This document shows, piece by piece, positions 24,277-37,486 of a DNA stretch of 64,000 bases. Source of the stretch: a virus; the IMG/VR virus record IMGVR_UViG_3300020197_000008, positions 24,789 to 88,788 of that record; one strand, written 5' to 3'. The translations under genes and the position numbers were made by a program. Numbering within the stretch: the first letter of the stretch is position 1; every line of letters begins with the position of its first letter. Under the pieces are notes generated by a model that worked only from the letters and a program-made list of their open reading frames with translations, did no database searches and was not told where the DNA came from.

Positions 24277-27200
24277 ATGACGAAATCCTTAAGTGAAAAC
24301 AAAGAGATTGTTTTTAAAAAGGCTACTAATCACCCAAAGGGTGAAAACAATGTCGTCCTAGCATGGTTCTCTTCAAATCCGGTTATTCCATCAAACAATC
24401 TTTCAATAACCGATTTGTCAGCGTTCACGCCAGAAAACTCCTACGCATCTTTGGCCACCTCTAGTTTGGGTACGAGTAAATCAAAACTAGCTTATGCAAA
24501 TGAGCTCGGAGTTTTAGAAGACGAAAATGGAAATTCCATATTTGATTCTGAAAACGTCAGTATATCCGACTGTTTCCTCAACGAGGATTCTTTTGAAAGA
24601 ATATATACGATATCCGATGTTTCCCAAAAAGCCTTTTGCCATTCGTACTACATTTCAAAATATTACACAATGCTATATGCAGATTCGTTTGTCATTGCGG
24701 GTATTGATGATTTTATTCCAGAAGAAAAAATACCAAAATCAATAAAAGTTGTTGACGAAAATAACAACGAATATATAGACGCCACTACTGGAAAAAAAAG
24801 ATATCGAATTATACTTGATAAAGTTTTTGAAGACATTTATAAAGAAAGAACAAATCGTCCTTATAAAGTGATAGTTTTATTAGACGATCCAGAACCAAGA
24901 AATCTTCAACTGATTTACGATAAGGTTACTCTTTCGTCAACTGAATCTATATCTTCGGTTGTTGTTGGGTATAGGGAAAATATAAATACCGTTTCGCTCT
25001 TTAATAAAGTTATGGAGGAATCATTTGCCTCAGATAATTCAATGAGAAACAATAAAATTTTTTCGCAGAAATCAATAACAGAAAAAAACAACCTATTAAG
25101 CAATCTTTCTAAGACAGATGGATTTGAAATAGTAGTACCCAAAAAAGCTGTATCTGACAATAGAACATACGAAACATTTAACTGGAGATTAATAACTGCG
25201 GTTCAAAGAAGCATTGATGTTTCTTCGGTTAATAATTCAGAAGAGATTGATTCAGAATCAAACCTAAAACAAAAAACAGTAAACTGCGCCGTTTTGTGCA
25301 CGACAGCGCAGTTGTCTTCCATGCGCTCTCAAAACAACTACGCATCGTCAAATCCATATGTTTTTTATAGATTAGCCAATTCCGTATACAATTTATCAAA
25401 ATATACATTTTCAAATCCAATTAGAAATGGATCACCAACAACCGCAGATTATTGGCTTGTTTCAATTGATGAAGTTAGTGAATCGGATTTAGCAAAGTTT
25501 GACATACTGACATGGTCTCCAAACGCAGATATAACCAGAGAGCAGGGGCAGAAGTTAAAATATTTTGTTAAAGATACACAAGGAACTTTGTTTTTAGACT
25601 TATCACAAGCCGCCGGTGCAGAAAACATAGACAGTTCTTTGGTTGCTTCTTCGGAAGTTTATGACCTTAACAGTTGGACATATAACTCTAATAATCTTTT
25701 TTTTGATGAAAGAAAAAACGGTGCGTGGCCAATAAATGATTCATTTTTTGAAACTGTTGAGATTAATTCAACGACTAGTAATATCTATTCTGTTTTTGGT
25801 AGAAGCATTTCTGGATCGTCATCTTTGGGTCAAGCAAACTATAAAAAAATTAAAGAATTCACTGCCAATTTTAATAATGAAAATGTGGCCTTGTTCAATT
25901 CTAGATCCAAGCCGATTGTTGTTGGAATTGGCTACGCAAAACCCACGGATGCATTAATTTCTGGAAACATTCTAGCAACTACGGCATCCACTCTAAGGTA
26001 TGTGAATGACATTTACCAACCATCCAGTATCTTTGATATCTCTACTTCAAATAGTGGATCAATTTCCATAGAAGAAAAAGCAAATCAAATGGTCGCAACA
26101 GCCGCCACGGAACGGTCCGTTTAAACTTTTGTATAATGCCGTTTCGGTTGCCCTAGTATCCAGAATTTATTCATCTAGAGTCAAGGATGTAAGATCGTCA
26201 ATTTACTATCACGTTTCTGATTGGAATAGTGATTACGTAATAAATCAAAATGTTCTTTTAGAAGAGGAAAAAGAAAAAGAATATTCTCTATTAAAAAACT
26301 TTAATAGCTCATTAATATATGCCAAAAAAATCCTCAAATCTGACCCTACGCTTTTGGATTATTACAAAAGATCTGTTTACGACTATCTTGCAGATCAGTA
26401 TTCAATCCCCCTGCAGGAAATAGACGCATCAAACGTAACAATGTTTATTGAAATTACCAATCCAGATGTAAAAATTTTGAACGCTGTAAAAACAAAAGAC
26501 ACTAACGATACCATATATCCTACGTCAGTGCCATCCTGGGCCTACTTTAATATACCGACCTCATACTGTTTATATGCCCTAACAGAGCAAGCTACTAGGA
26601 ATTCGTTGTTTGCCTACACAGACGCTCCTTCTGCACAATTTAAAATTCCTGGCGGTTTTGGGGCTTACGTAATGAGACAAAGGGAGTATTCAAGCTCAAG
26701 CTCAACAATAGATTCTTTAAGTAGTAAAATATCTGCAAGAAATATATATCAATCATATCCTTTTAATTTTACAATTTTTAATTCATATGTTTTTTCCAAA
26801 GAGTCATCTGACTCATTTAATGCAAACTGGTCTGCGGAAATAGAAGCAACATATCAGGCCACTCTATACAGGCAGGAGTATTGGTACAAGGCAGCCGAGG
26901 CTCTGAGGGATGCAAACGGTAATTTGATTGGACAAGATGAAGTAATCTTCAGTGCACTTCAAACAGAAGCGGATGTAGAGGTGAGACCAAGTCAAACGGA
27001 AATATATGCCCTTGGTGATGATAGGTTAAATGGCAAATATAGATTGCAGGTAAAATCAACACAAGCCGCAAAAAATTCATACATTTATACCAGAGATATA
27101 GACTTGGGTAACGTGGCAACAGCCTACGCCGTAGGCGCAAAGGGTCTTCTTGAGGAATATATTGCCTTTATACAAATAACCCTTAGGGAGCATGGGATTG

Positions 27201-30015
27201 ACTGCGATTTAACAAAGAAATACGATAATCAAACTAAAACCGCAGTTACAAAATTTCAAAGAAGGCACGACGCAAGGTTGGTAGATGGCGTAGTTGACTC
27301 AGAAACTAAATCGCTTTTTTGTAGAGAGGTTTGGAAAAAAATGCTACAAACAGATCCAAATCGATTTAATGCCGTAATTGAACGAGTTAAGGGTAATAAT
27401 CCCAAATCGGTAAAATACATTCAGCATTCTGCAACCGTGGCAGAAATATGGGAACTAAAAAACACCGATCTTGATTTTCAAAAAGTAACATTTACAGGTA
27501 CAAATGATCCACTTTCTTTGTCCGATACTATATACGTGTCGGTACCAGAAAAATTTAGAGACGCCAGATTATCTGATACAAAAGTGGTTGATGTGAAAAT
27601 CAAAGTTGGTAATTTCGCAAAAGCAAAAAGCTATAAAGGAATTCAAATAGAAGAAGTAAGAGCAATTCCATTTACCGCCTCGGGTAGTGCTCGGCCCCGA
27701 ATCTTCTTCTAGGGTAATATCTAAGAAAAAACCTTTCTCTAGAGGAACTATATCCATTCCCGTGAATGCAAGCGTTATGTCAACTGGAACATTGGCAATA
27801 AAATTAACGGGCGGATCTTTGGGTGGCGCTTTTGGTAGTAAGGCTGAGGGGTATTCAATAACCTCAATAACCTTTACGGTGCAATACAAAACATCTTCCT
27901 CTAGATGGATACAGGAATACTCCGAAGCGGAGTCTGGTTATGCGCCAAAAACCGTTACGGCTCCCGTCACCATAAAATATAAGATTTCTCGGAGATGTTG
28001 ATAATATTTCACCAAACAATGTAGAAGTTATAGATTTAGGTGGTTTAAAGTCAGTAAAATATAAAACAGAACCACTACTGATGACCTATCCAACCTTCAG
28101 TGGAAATAAAACGATGGACCTTAAAGGAACGTCAATAGATTTTAGTTCAACCGAATATAAACCACCCTTTGATACCTCCACTGCAGAAGCGGCTTCCGGT
28201 GCTTTAAGATTTAAAGACGAATCAATAAAGATAGATTTAACTTCTCAGAAAACAATTTCAATAAAACAAAATACACTATCAGTATACGACGTTGTATCCC
28301 TAAATAAAAATCCTGTCAGTGCCTCTTCCATAACTACAACAATTCAGGGCAATAAATTATACTTTGAGGCATCTAGTTTGATTTATCAAAACTCAAGTGT
28401 AGTTAAAAGCGACACGGTCGCGATAGAGGGTTACTGGATGATGAAGACGGACGGAACTATCTTAAGAAAAAGTATAAATACCGTAAGTGTTTTAGACGGT
28501 CTACTTATGCTTTGTCAGCCAAGCTTAGATCCAAATAAGATTGGGATGCCCTACGGAATAAATCTTCAAGGTTTTGAAAATTCGATAGCAAACACTGAAC
28601 TCAATGTAGACTACGGAGCTTTTGTTCTGAAAAACTACGCAGAACAAAACGACGGTTTTGTATATGGTTTTTACGACAGGGTAAAAAAAGAGTTTTTAGG
28701 TAAAGTTTTGTACTATGTCGATTATGTTTCAAGAGGACCAAGAAATATATACATAGCAGTCATGGCAATAGATGCAGACGGAAACTTAGCCTCAAGTGAT
28801 TTCTTGGGTGTAAAAACTCTTAATACAACAATAAGACCACCGATAGCTCCAGTAAAGATGGCGTGTCCGATTTATCAGGTTAAGTATGTACCGTCCTCAA
28901 AAATATCCATTTCTTCAATTCCTTCAAATCTTTCCAAGTTTGAAGTTTGGCCACTGTATATCACTTCTGGATCATTTGTTAAAAATTTCTACATTAACCC
29001 AACTAATCCGTACGCTGGATGGATAGGTAACTACTCTGGCAACAATCTATCTGCAACATATTCAACGCTCTCGACTTCAGGCGTTCTTTGGTCTCAAATT
29101 CTTGGCAAACCATTCATCGATGTGCCAAATGAATATCCTACTTTTCTTTCTTCAAACAAAATACAACTATCCCAAACGCCGATTGCTTCATTCGTTGAAC
29201 CATCTTCAAATATTATTGGAGTATTAAAACAATATATTTTTATAGAAAAAAGAAAAGATATTAATAGTCCATGGGAAACAGTTAGTTCAAAGCTTATAAG
29301 AAACGTAAACTGTCACACTGGGGTAATTGATCTTCTTGTTGACCTTCCTCAAGATGGCGATTTAGTCAGGGTTACTTATGCAGTAAAGGCAAACGGCATT
29401 CCGATAAAACATGTTAATGGAATTCCAATTCCCCTAAATCCATTTTTGAATCAAGACAATGTTGAGCCAGAAAAACCCCTGTATATTTACATACTCCCTC
29501 AGTTTATAGAAAACAAGGGTAAAAATATTCCCACTAATAACAACATAACTCGTCCAATTATGCCGCCTTCGCATGTGCCAGAATATATTTACACTGGCGC
29601 AATTCATTTTACATATGATAATTCAATTTTTGATCAATATCAACCCTCTTTATATAACCCTTTTGCCATACCCATAGCGTTAATAAGATCGGTAAATAAT
29701 AAGTCCGCTGCGTCTACTAATATTGTAGATTTAAGAACTAGGGGTGGTGGGGTCAATTATTCTTACGATGGATTTGATAACAATATAGATACTATTTTGA
29801 AAGATCTAAAAGAGGCAATTTCTTTTTGGGATTTTTATCCGCCAGATAGAGAATCGTATCCAAAGGGCGGATTTGTAATCATAAAAATTCCTAAGAAAGT
29901 CTTAGAAAACTTTCTCTATCCAGAAGAAGTCTATTCTATTATTAGAAAAAACATAACGGCTGGTGTATCATTTAAGATTCAGGATATGGATGGAAATGAT
30001 TGGGGTAGTGTTTAG
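24277..30015 (+). CDS. Large virion protein (~1911 aa) with a peptidoglycan-binding (PG_binding_1-like) domain; three +1 shifts at CGG
   Basis: Shifts at 26113, 27692 and 27990 join ORFs 24277, 26129, 27687 and 28081; IQITLREHG...YDNQTKTAVTKFQRRH...VDGVVDSET motif at ~27150-27312. Confidence 0.7.
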
Positions 30016-30018
30016 GTT

Positions 30019-32670
30019 ATGAAAAACTTTCTTCCAGATACAATAGCAACATTTTCAAATAATTCTCAAAAAACAGTTGCCTCACTAATTAAAAATATAA
30101 AAGTTGATAAAATTCAAGTTTCTGAATTGGTAAAAAATATAACAGGATTTTCTGCGAGTACCAGTCCACTTCCTGTTCTTTCCGTATCAAGAGAAATTAT
30201 AAGTTCAGAATTTTTTGTTGATATATTTAGAGATTTAGAAATACAACTTTCTAGATTTTTTGATATTTCAAATTCCGTATCGGCAATATTGAATTCAATG
30301 ACGGAGATAATGCTATCAAAAATAGAAAAAGAAGAAAAAATACTTTCTTATTTTGAAAACTATGTTGATAACTATGAATTTATTTCTGGAAATGATGATT
30401 TGTATAATTTTTCCTATATAGAAAACTTTGATAATAGCATAAATTCAAATGAATATGATTCGATAAAAGTACCATACACCGACAGGGGTGGAGTACCGTT
30501 TGCAGAAAATGGAAACGGATATGTTGATCCTGTTTCTTCTGTGTTTAAAATAGGATCTGGTATAAATAAAATAAATATTTTAAACAATATAAAAAACACC
30601 GCCACACAATCAAACTATAGTCAATATATTTCTTCTGAATCAAACCTGCTTTCTCTTTTTAATGAAGATAATTCGGATACGTGGAACGTATCAATCAAAT
30701 CTCCAACAATCTTAACTTCTTCTATAAAAAATATTTCAAAATATATTGATTATGATTACTCTTATTTGATTGGGGCAAAGGTCGTTGTCGAGATTACTTT
30801 CAATAAAGAAATAGAATCGGACAACATATCGATAATGCCCTCTGGTGGAAACGGGCTACACCTGATGCAGGTCGCCATTGAGTCTGCAGGTGGAGCAAGA
30901 GGGGTAATTGACTCTCTTTCGAATAGCTCCTCAATTGGGTATGTAACAAAAAACATATTGTCCGCCCCAATAAATCTGCAGACAACTGTAAATATAGGCT
31001 TCCCGTTAAGTAAGATAAAAAAGGCAATCTTTATATTTAATCAAAGTACATATACAAGATCCGTGAATTCTCCATCATCTGAAGAACTAGTCTCTAGGTC
31101 AATAAATAACTTCATATTAAGCTCAAGAAAAAAGAGAAAAAATACGTTTAGTGCCCTACAGGAAATAGTCATATCTTACTTTTTAAAAAATAACTCTATA
31201 GAATCTTTAAATAAAAATACAAATAGAGATTCAATATCAGATTATTATTCGTGTAGATTTCCAATTTACAGTAAGGATCATCCTTCTTTAAAGCCGATGG
31301 AATTTCTGCAAGAGTTTAACAACAACTTGGGTATTGATGATAACTCTTTAGAATTTAAGAGAAGTCCACTAACTGCAATAGTGCAGAACATAGTCTCTCA
31401 AGCATTAGGATCTCAAATAAAAATGTTTAAGAATGTTATGTTTAGAGATTCAAAAAATAAAAATCTTTCTGATGGTCTCTTAAGAATAGTCTCTGCACCA
31501 TACGAAATGCAACAAAACACCGATGTTGAGCTAAATAAAAATATGTTTTTGTCTGAAGAACAAATAATTCCAGGCTCCTCCCTATCAAGAAGCCCATTTT
31601 TTATAAAGAACAAAAATTCTTTTAATAGTTATAATTATTCTTTTTCTTTAAAAAATATACAATTTGGTAGGACGCTAGTCTCCAGTTCAACAAATAACTC
31701 GTTAGCAAAAGCTTCGTATATTAGTAATAGAATAACAATTCCTGGAGAAGTATATGGAATAAAAGCAAAAATAAATTTGCAAGAAAATAATAATAAATAT
31801 AAAATTGATAAAGGTTTTGATATTGAATATCAAAACTCATATGAGCTATCTATTTCCCTAAAGGAAAATCCAGTTTCTGAGAATGACTGGATTCCATTGG
31901 CCTTTAGTGATTCCGAAGAGGTGCATTCAGAAATGCTTTTTATAAACCCCCTAAACTCTTCAGCTCAACTACGCTTCTTCCCAATGGAAACCTCTTTAAA
32001 GGTTTACGAAAATCAAAAACGCCTACCCTCAAATGCCTACTCGGTGAATAAATTTAATAAAACTGTAATTTTAAATAAATTCAATAAAGACTCTGTTTAT
32101 CTGGTTTCTTATTTTTTGGATATATCAAACTTTTCTCAGCAATACATAGACAGTACAGTTTTGAATAATGAAGTTGGTTTAATTGTTTCTGGAGATGGCG
32201 GGGAGGAGGGCGAAATGTTTTTGGGGACTGGTTCAGAAAACAAAGTTGTTCTCAAAAACAATCCATATATTTCTATTGACTCTTTTATGGGTGGTAGCTA
32301 TCATCCTATTTATGGATCACTTGCAGCTCCGACAAATCCAAATTATACCCCAGTATTGGTTAAGTTTGACAATGGGGTGTATGCTATAAATTTGACGAAT
32401 TACCTAGATGGTAATTTTGAAAAAATAGATTTTTATTCAAGTCAAGATCTTTTATTTTATCAAAATGGTAAAGAGTTGATATTTAATCAACAGGTAAATA
32501 TTCCGTTTAAGGTTTTATATAACTATACAAGTAATTTTATGAGATTTAGATTAATTATTAGGAACAATTTTTCAGGATTGTTTTTTGCAGGAGATGTAAA
32601 TAATCTAATTGTTAAAATGAAAACAAAAACTCCTGATATACAGATTCAGAAACTTCTTCAATTAGGATAA
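30019..32670 (+). CDS. Putative virion structural (baseplate/tail) protein, 883 aa
   Basis: Long intact ORF in the structural operon; no recognisable enzyme motif. Confidence 0.55.
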   Translation: MKNFLPDTIATFSNNSQKTVASLIKNIKVDKIQVSELVKNITGFSASTSPLPVLSVSREIISSEFFVDIFRDLEIQLSRFFDISNSVSAILNSMTEIMLSKIEKEEKILSYFENYVDNYEFISGNDDLYNFSYIENFDNSINSNEYDSIKVPYTDRGGVPFAENGNGYVDPVSSVFKIGSGINKINILNNIKNTATQSNYSQYISSESNLLSLFNEDNSDTWNVSIKSPTILTSSIKNISKYIDYDYSYLIGAKVVVEITFNKEIESDNISIMPSGGNGLHLMQVAIESAGGARGVIDSLSNSSSIGYVTKNILSAPINLQTTVNIGFPLSKIKKAIFIFNQSTYTRSVNSPSSEELVSRSINNFILSSRKKRKNTFSALQEIVISYFLKNNSIESLNKNTNRDSISDYYSCRFPIYSKDHPSLKPMEFLQEFNNNLGIDDNSLEFKRSPLTAIVQNIVSQALGSQIKMFKNVMFRDSKNKNLSDGLLRIVSAPYEMQQNTDVELNKNMFLSEEQIIPGSSLSRSPFFIKNKNSFNSYNYSFSLKNIQFGRTLVSSSTNNSLAKASYISNRITIPGEVYGIKAKINLQENNNKYKIDKGFDIEYQNSYELSISLKENPVSENDWIPLAFSDSEEVHSEMLFINPLNSSAQLRFFPMETSLKVYENQKRLPSNAYSVNKFNKTVILNKFNKDSVYLVSYFLDISNFSQQYIDSTVLNNEVGLIVSGDGGEEGEMFLGTGSENKVVLKNNPYISIDSFMGGSYHPIYGSLAAPTNPNYTPVLVKFDNGVYAINLTNYLDGNFEKIDFYSSQDLLFYQNGKELIFNQQVNIPFKVLYNYTSNFMRFRLIIRNNFSGLFFAGDVNNLIVKMKTKTPDIQIQKLLQLG

Positions 32671-32674
32671 GACA

Positions 32675-34851
32675 ATGGCTCAATTATCATCAAACACAAT
32701 ATTTTATGATCAAATAATTAAAAAAATACAAGATTTTATACTTAAGTATAAAAATAACAATATTTCCTCCTATCAACAAATAGCAAAGGAATATTCTCAA
32801 ATTATCACAGAGGTCAATAAATACCCGATATCTCAAATATCAAAATTTGATCCAGTCATAAAGGGAGAACCTCCATCCTCTGCAAAGATGAATAAATTCG
32901 TTAACTCAATTAACGATGATTTGTCTATATTTGGCAAGCAATTAGAGTATCAAACGGCAATGGTCGTTTCAATTTACAACATGTTTACTTCCGAAATAGA
33001 AAAAGAATCTACGTTTTTAGATAGGATAAAATCAAAAGCAAAGATATTGAATACGTATTCGCAAAGTCCCGCAGATGAACTTTTTTATTATGGTGATACT
33101 TTTGATAATATGGACAAAATAGATATACCAAATAGCAGAAATCTTCCCAACGCTAGAAGTCTTCCAAGGATAGATTCTCGGATCTTTAACTCTCCCGTCG
33201 GCGGGAAACAATCCCTGGATTATTGATTCTATCTTTGTAGCAGAAGATCTTTCTAATGGATTTTTGGGAAATAATCATGTTGTTTATATGAAGAAAACGG
33301 CAAATGCAATACCGGCTACGACCTTGCGGAGAGCATGCATTATATCAATATTCCTATGAGGATAATCCAACAACTGGTCTTATAACAAATGTGGTTGATG
33401 GAAATCCACTAACATATTTTGAGTACGAGGCAATCTCATTAAACAGATCGAGCATATACTTGAAAAATGCAAAACCCAAAGAGTTTACGTACTCTTACGA
33501 AAAAAGAACAGACAATTCTTTTTCTATAGATTTTAAATCCTGGATAGATCATCCACAAAAAGAGTCCTTAAAATTAGTTTTAGGCTTTAGAGCGGCCTCT
33601 GCTTCAATGATAAATTCTATTTCCGTATATCCCTTTTGGGGAACTGATCAAAATGCAACATCACAAATAAAAGTAACTAGAGTAACTGCACTTACCGAAG
33701 ATCTTAAAGAGGTAGATTTAATTAACGGCCCGCTTTATGTTGGCAGTTCGGTTGTTCCGCTAACCTTTGAGACCTCCAAAAATTATTTTTATGATAGACT
33801 ACAAGTATCTTTTTCGGAAATAAAAACTTCTCAAATACTAATTTACTTTGAACAACAAGAACATACTGATGTAAAAATTAAACATATGTTTTGGAAACCA
33901 ATAGGAGCCACTGGTCCTTTTGCATCTCTAAATACTCAAAGCCGATTTGACGAAACCGCTCTTGGTTCTCTTGGCTTCACTGAGGTGGAAGTAAATGTCA
34001 ATGATTTAATACCACCAATAACTAGGCCAAATGTTTGGAAAGATCAAAGCGACTTTTTTATAAAAAAGCTTAATGTAGCATACAAAAACCAAGAGCAGGT
34101 AGAGGTCTATATAGTGTCTTTCACGAAAGACAATAAGAAATACTATTATACAAATATAGCTACTGGATTTGAGGACTTTGATAAACAACAAGAGAAATCA
34201 AGAACCCCGAACATTGATTTAGCATGGGCGTCTGAAACTAGGGCGGGGGCAGAAAGAATTGTCTCATTAATAGAGGGAAAGATCGATAGAGAAGAATGGC
34301 TAGAGGAAAATTTTGAAGATATAAAAATTGAAACCAAAAAAGCGACCTACGAGCCAAAAAAATATGCCGCCTCAATAGATCTAAAAAGAGATTTTGAAAT
34401 ATACGATGCTAAAAGGTGGTCTATCGGATTAAGGTCTGTTGATGTTTCTTACGAATACTATGATTCACAGGCTAGCTTTGTATCAAAGCCATATAGTTAT
34501 TCTGGAAAAATTAAATACCTTACTCTGTCTATGGATTATCAAACAGATTTTGGTTTCACAAGTCAAGAAGACTCTTTGATTAAAACTTATATTTCAGTAG
34601 ATGAAGGAAAAAATTGGTATAGAATATCAGCTATTGAAAATCCCTTTATAGGTGTTCCGGAGGTGCTTGCATTCAATGTAAACGTAGAGGAAAGCAAAAA
34701 GGTTAAGGGAGTGCGCTACTTAAATTCTCCGGCAGTTCCAGTAAACGTAAATAAAGTAAGAGTTAAGATAGAGATTTTTAAAGGAAAATACTCAAATATC
34801 AGCCCAATAATAAATTCCTACAAACTAATAGCAAAAGTGGAAAAACGATGA
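32675..34851 (+). CDS. Putative virion structural protein (~724 aa); two +1 shifts at CGG
   Basis: Shifts at 33179 and 33327; the 49-codon middle segment (GSLTLPSAGNNPWIIDS...PATTL) is open. Confidence 0.65.
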
Positions 34852-37067
34852 GCATATCAAATATACAAAAAGAAAAATTCCTAGATGTAATTTACAAAAA
34901 ATTTTATTCAGATGGAAAAATTCCTAAAGAATCGGAAATTCTTAGTTTCTTTTCTAGGTATTTTTCTAACTATACATTAGGTCAGCCGCTTTCACTCAAT
35001 CCAGAAATTTTTAGACAGATATCAATTGGTGACGTAGACATATTTAACGAGACAATGCTAAAAGCACTGTTTAATATAGAAGTTTTATACGATTCGGTTC
35101 TAGAAAATTCAGAAGATATCATGACTGTTACTACTGCACTAAATAAAAGGCTCGAATCCCTAAGGGCAAGAAGGATAAGAATAGAAAACAAAATAGACAA
35201 TTTACTTTTTGCAAACGAAAATACAGAAGGTGTTTTCTCTGCCTATACCGACAGCTTTTCCTCAATAGATGGAAGCGACCTATCCTTCACTAGTGCGTAC
35301 GTAGATGTAGAGAACGGGCAGGTAATTATTCCCCAATTAAATTCAATGATATTTGATACTGTGGCAACAAAGAGTGTAGCTGCAAGCGGCGTCACGTATT
35401 CTTCATCTTTTGATGGTAGGCAGATTTCTAGCAATACCCCAATTTCTGATGAAGAATCGCTTTTTTCTTCAGTCTTTGACGGATTGGATAATACGGAATG
35501 GAAAAAGGAATACAGCTTTGAGACCACTGGGTTTGTAACTTTATCAATTAATCTACCAATTTCTAAGTCGGTTTTATTGTCGGCAATTAGTGGAAAGCTA
35601 AGCACGATTTCTCCTGTTGATATTTATTGTAGAATAAACTACACAGATGGAACAAACGTAAAAAATATTTATTCTAAAAAATTTAATAGAGATTATGATA
35701 AGTTTTCTTTTAATTTTGAATCAAAAGAAGTCTCGTCTATAGACATTTTTATGACAAAAACACAACCAGATCAAATTCAAGAAGGTAGGAAAGAAAAATA
35801 TCTATATCGATTTGGCATTAGGGATATATCAATCAGCGGAATTTATAGGGATAGGTTTGCCACCTATGTTAGTGCCCCAATAGGCGTCAAGTCAAAGAAC
35901 AATAAAAACCTAGCAATAGACGCAGTTTCACTCTCTGTTAGTCAGTCTGGATTAGAAAATGGATCTATTTCATACTACATAGCCCCAGATAATCCCAACG
36001 CCGAACTACTTTCTGATTTTAGCTGGACACCGATAGGTCCAAAAGAGGAATCTGAATCGCGTCAACAGTCGGTTCAATCTTATTCAAACACCGTTTTCCT
36101 GCAAGGTAGCTTTTTTAAATCAAAGAAAATATTAGAAACTGTCACCGATCCTGCAAATCAAATACAAAAAATACCTGTATTAAATTCAAAAAATCTAAAC
36201 GTTCAAAACCCAATCGAAAATTACGCCACGGGAAGTTTTGTATATAGAATAGCAAAAATTGACACAATAGACGATCCATACGACTCTTATATCCTTTCTG
36301 GAATTGGACTAGCAAAAGGATATTACGTTTCGTATATAAACGACATTCATAATGAGTTGGAATCCTTAAAAACTTGGAATTCTATAATTGGGGGAAGTAC
36401 TGACAGGCAAGTTTATCTGTTTCCCTCTTGGCCAATAGGAGATAATCAAACATCTTATGTTGGCCCCACCCTGGATGGAATTAGCGTCCTGCTGGAGACA
36501 AAACTTTTGTGCGCATCAGAAAAAACAGTCAGACATACTTTTGTAAAAAACGACGAGATTTCTTTGGATTGGCGTGTAGCCATCTATATTAATGGAAAAA
36601 GAAATTTAATCTCCGAGTTTGAAAAATCAAAGATTATTGAATGGAATTTTAAAGAAGGCGTAAACAATATACAGATAGCTATAGATATTCCAAAAAGTGC
36701 CAACGGATCGATATCCCTAATGCAGGATACAAACTTGTCAAACTACGGAATGATATATCTTAATAATTACGGATACGTAGATTTCTTAGAATTTAAAAAG
36801 AATAAATCAATTTTTGATTATGTGTTTACTATTGACAATGTTTATGGCAATAAAGAGATACTTAGTAGGCAGGATATAAGTTCAAATTCAAGGTTGTTTT
36901 ATTATACAAATAATCCTGATAGAATTGAACAGGTAAGATTAAGGGCGGATTTAACCAGATCCAGAAATCCGATTGGTTCTCCGTCTTTAGATTCTTTTAC
37001 ATTAAAATTTAAAAATTCTCAAAATTTTCAAGATATAAAAGATGAGATTCAATTTTATAAAGGATAA
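34848..37067 (+). CDS. Putative virion structural protein, 739 aa
   Basis: Intact ORF, ATGA overlap with upstream gene; architecture similar to neighbours. Confidence 0.55.
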   Translation: MSISNIQKEKFLDVIYKKFYSDGKIPKESEILSFFSRYFSNYTLGQPLSLNPEIFRQISIGDVDIFNETMLKALFNIEVLYDSVLENSEDIMTVTTALNKRLESLRARRIRIENKIDNLLFANENTEGVFSAYTDSFSSIDGSDLSFTSAYVDVENGQVIIPQLNSMIFDTVATKSVAASGVTYSSSFDGRQISSNTPISDEESLFSSVFDGLDNTEWKKEYSFETTGFVTLSINLPISKSVLLSAISGKLSTISPVDIYCRINYTDGTNVKNIYSKKFNRDYDKFSFNFESKEVSSIDIFMTKTQPDQIQEGRKEKYLYRFGIRDISISGIYRDRFATYVSAPIGVKSKNNKNLAIDAVSLSVSQSGLENGSISYYIAPDNPNAELLSDFSWTPIGPKEESESRQQSVQSYSNTVFLQGSFFKSKKILETVTDPANQIQKIPVLNSKNLNVQNPIENYATGSFVYRIAKIDTIDDPYDSYILSGIGLAKGYYVSYINDIHNELESLKTWNSIIGGSTDRQVYLFPSWPIGDNQTSYVGPTLDGISVLLETKLLCASEKTVRHTFVKNDEISLDWRVAIYINGKRNLISEFEKSKIIEWNFKEGVNNIQIAIDIPKSANGSISLMQDTNLSNYGMIYLNNYGYVDFLEFKKNKSIFDYVFTIDNVYGNKEILSRQDISSNSRLFYYTNNPDRIEQVRLRADLTRSRNPIGSPSLDSFTLKFKNSQNFQDIKDEIQFYKG

Positions 37068-37073
37068 CAATCT

Positions 37074-37484
37074 ATGACAATCATGTACACAAAACCAAGT
37101 CTTAAGAAGGCGATACGTCAACCCCTCTCCAAAAGAATAAGGGCCTTATATATGGGTCCCAGGAGTTCTGGCGATGAGAACTTGATGTATCAAAAAATGT
37201 ACTTGGATATAAAAAGAATTCACTTAGAGCTAGAGCAACTTAATACCTCGATTTTTGACAGGGTGCAAGTTCTTGTTAATGCAGAAAAAGACTCAACGCA
37301 CTTAGTAGACAATCAGCAAGGATCTTCGTTTTACGGTGGGGACTATTATGATTTTACCGATGATGAAATCACTTTTTTAAATTCAGGTCCAATAAATTCC
37401 GCTCTTTACTCAACCGTTACCTTGGCAGCAAAAGTATCAAATTTATTTTTTAAAATTAATCAACTAGAAAGACAAGAGAAATAA
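37074..37484 (+). CDS. Hypothetical structural protein
   Basis: 136 aa ORF; N-terminal GPRSSGDENL resembles GPVSSADFNL of the next gene. Confidence 0.55.
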   Translation: MTIMYTKPSLKKAIRQPLSKRIRALYMGPRSSGDENLMYQKMYLDIKRIHLELEQLNTSIFDRVQVLVNAEKDSTHLVDNQQGSSFYGGDYYDFTDDEITFLNSGPINSALYSTVTLAAKVSNLFFKINQLERQEK

Positions 37485-37486
37485 TT

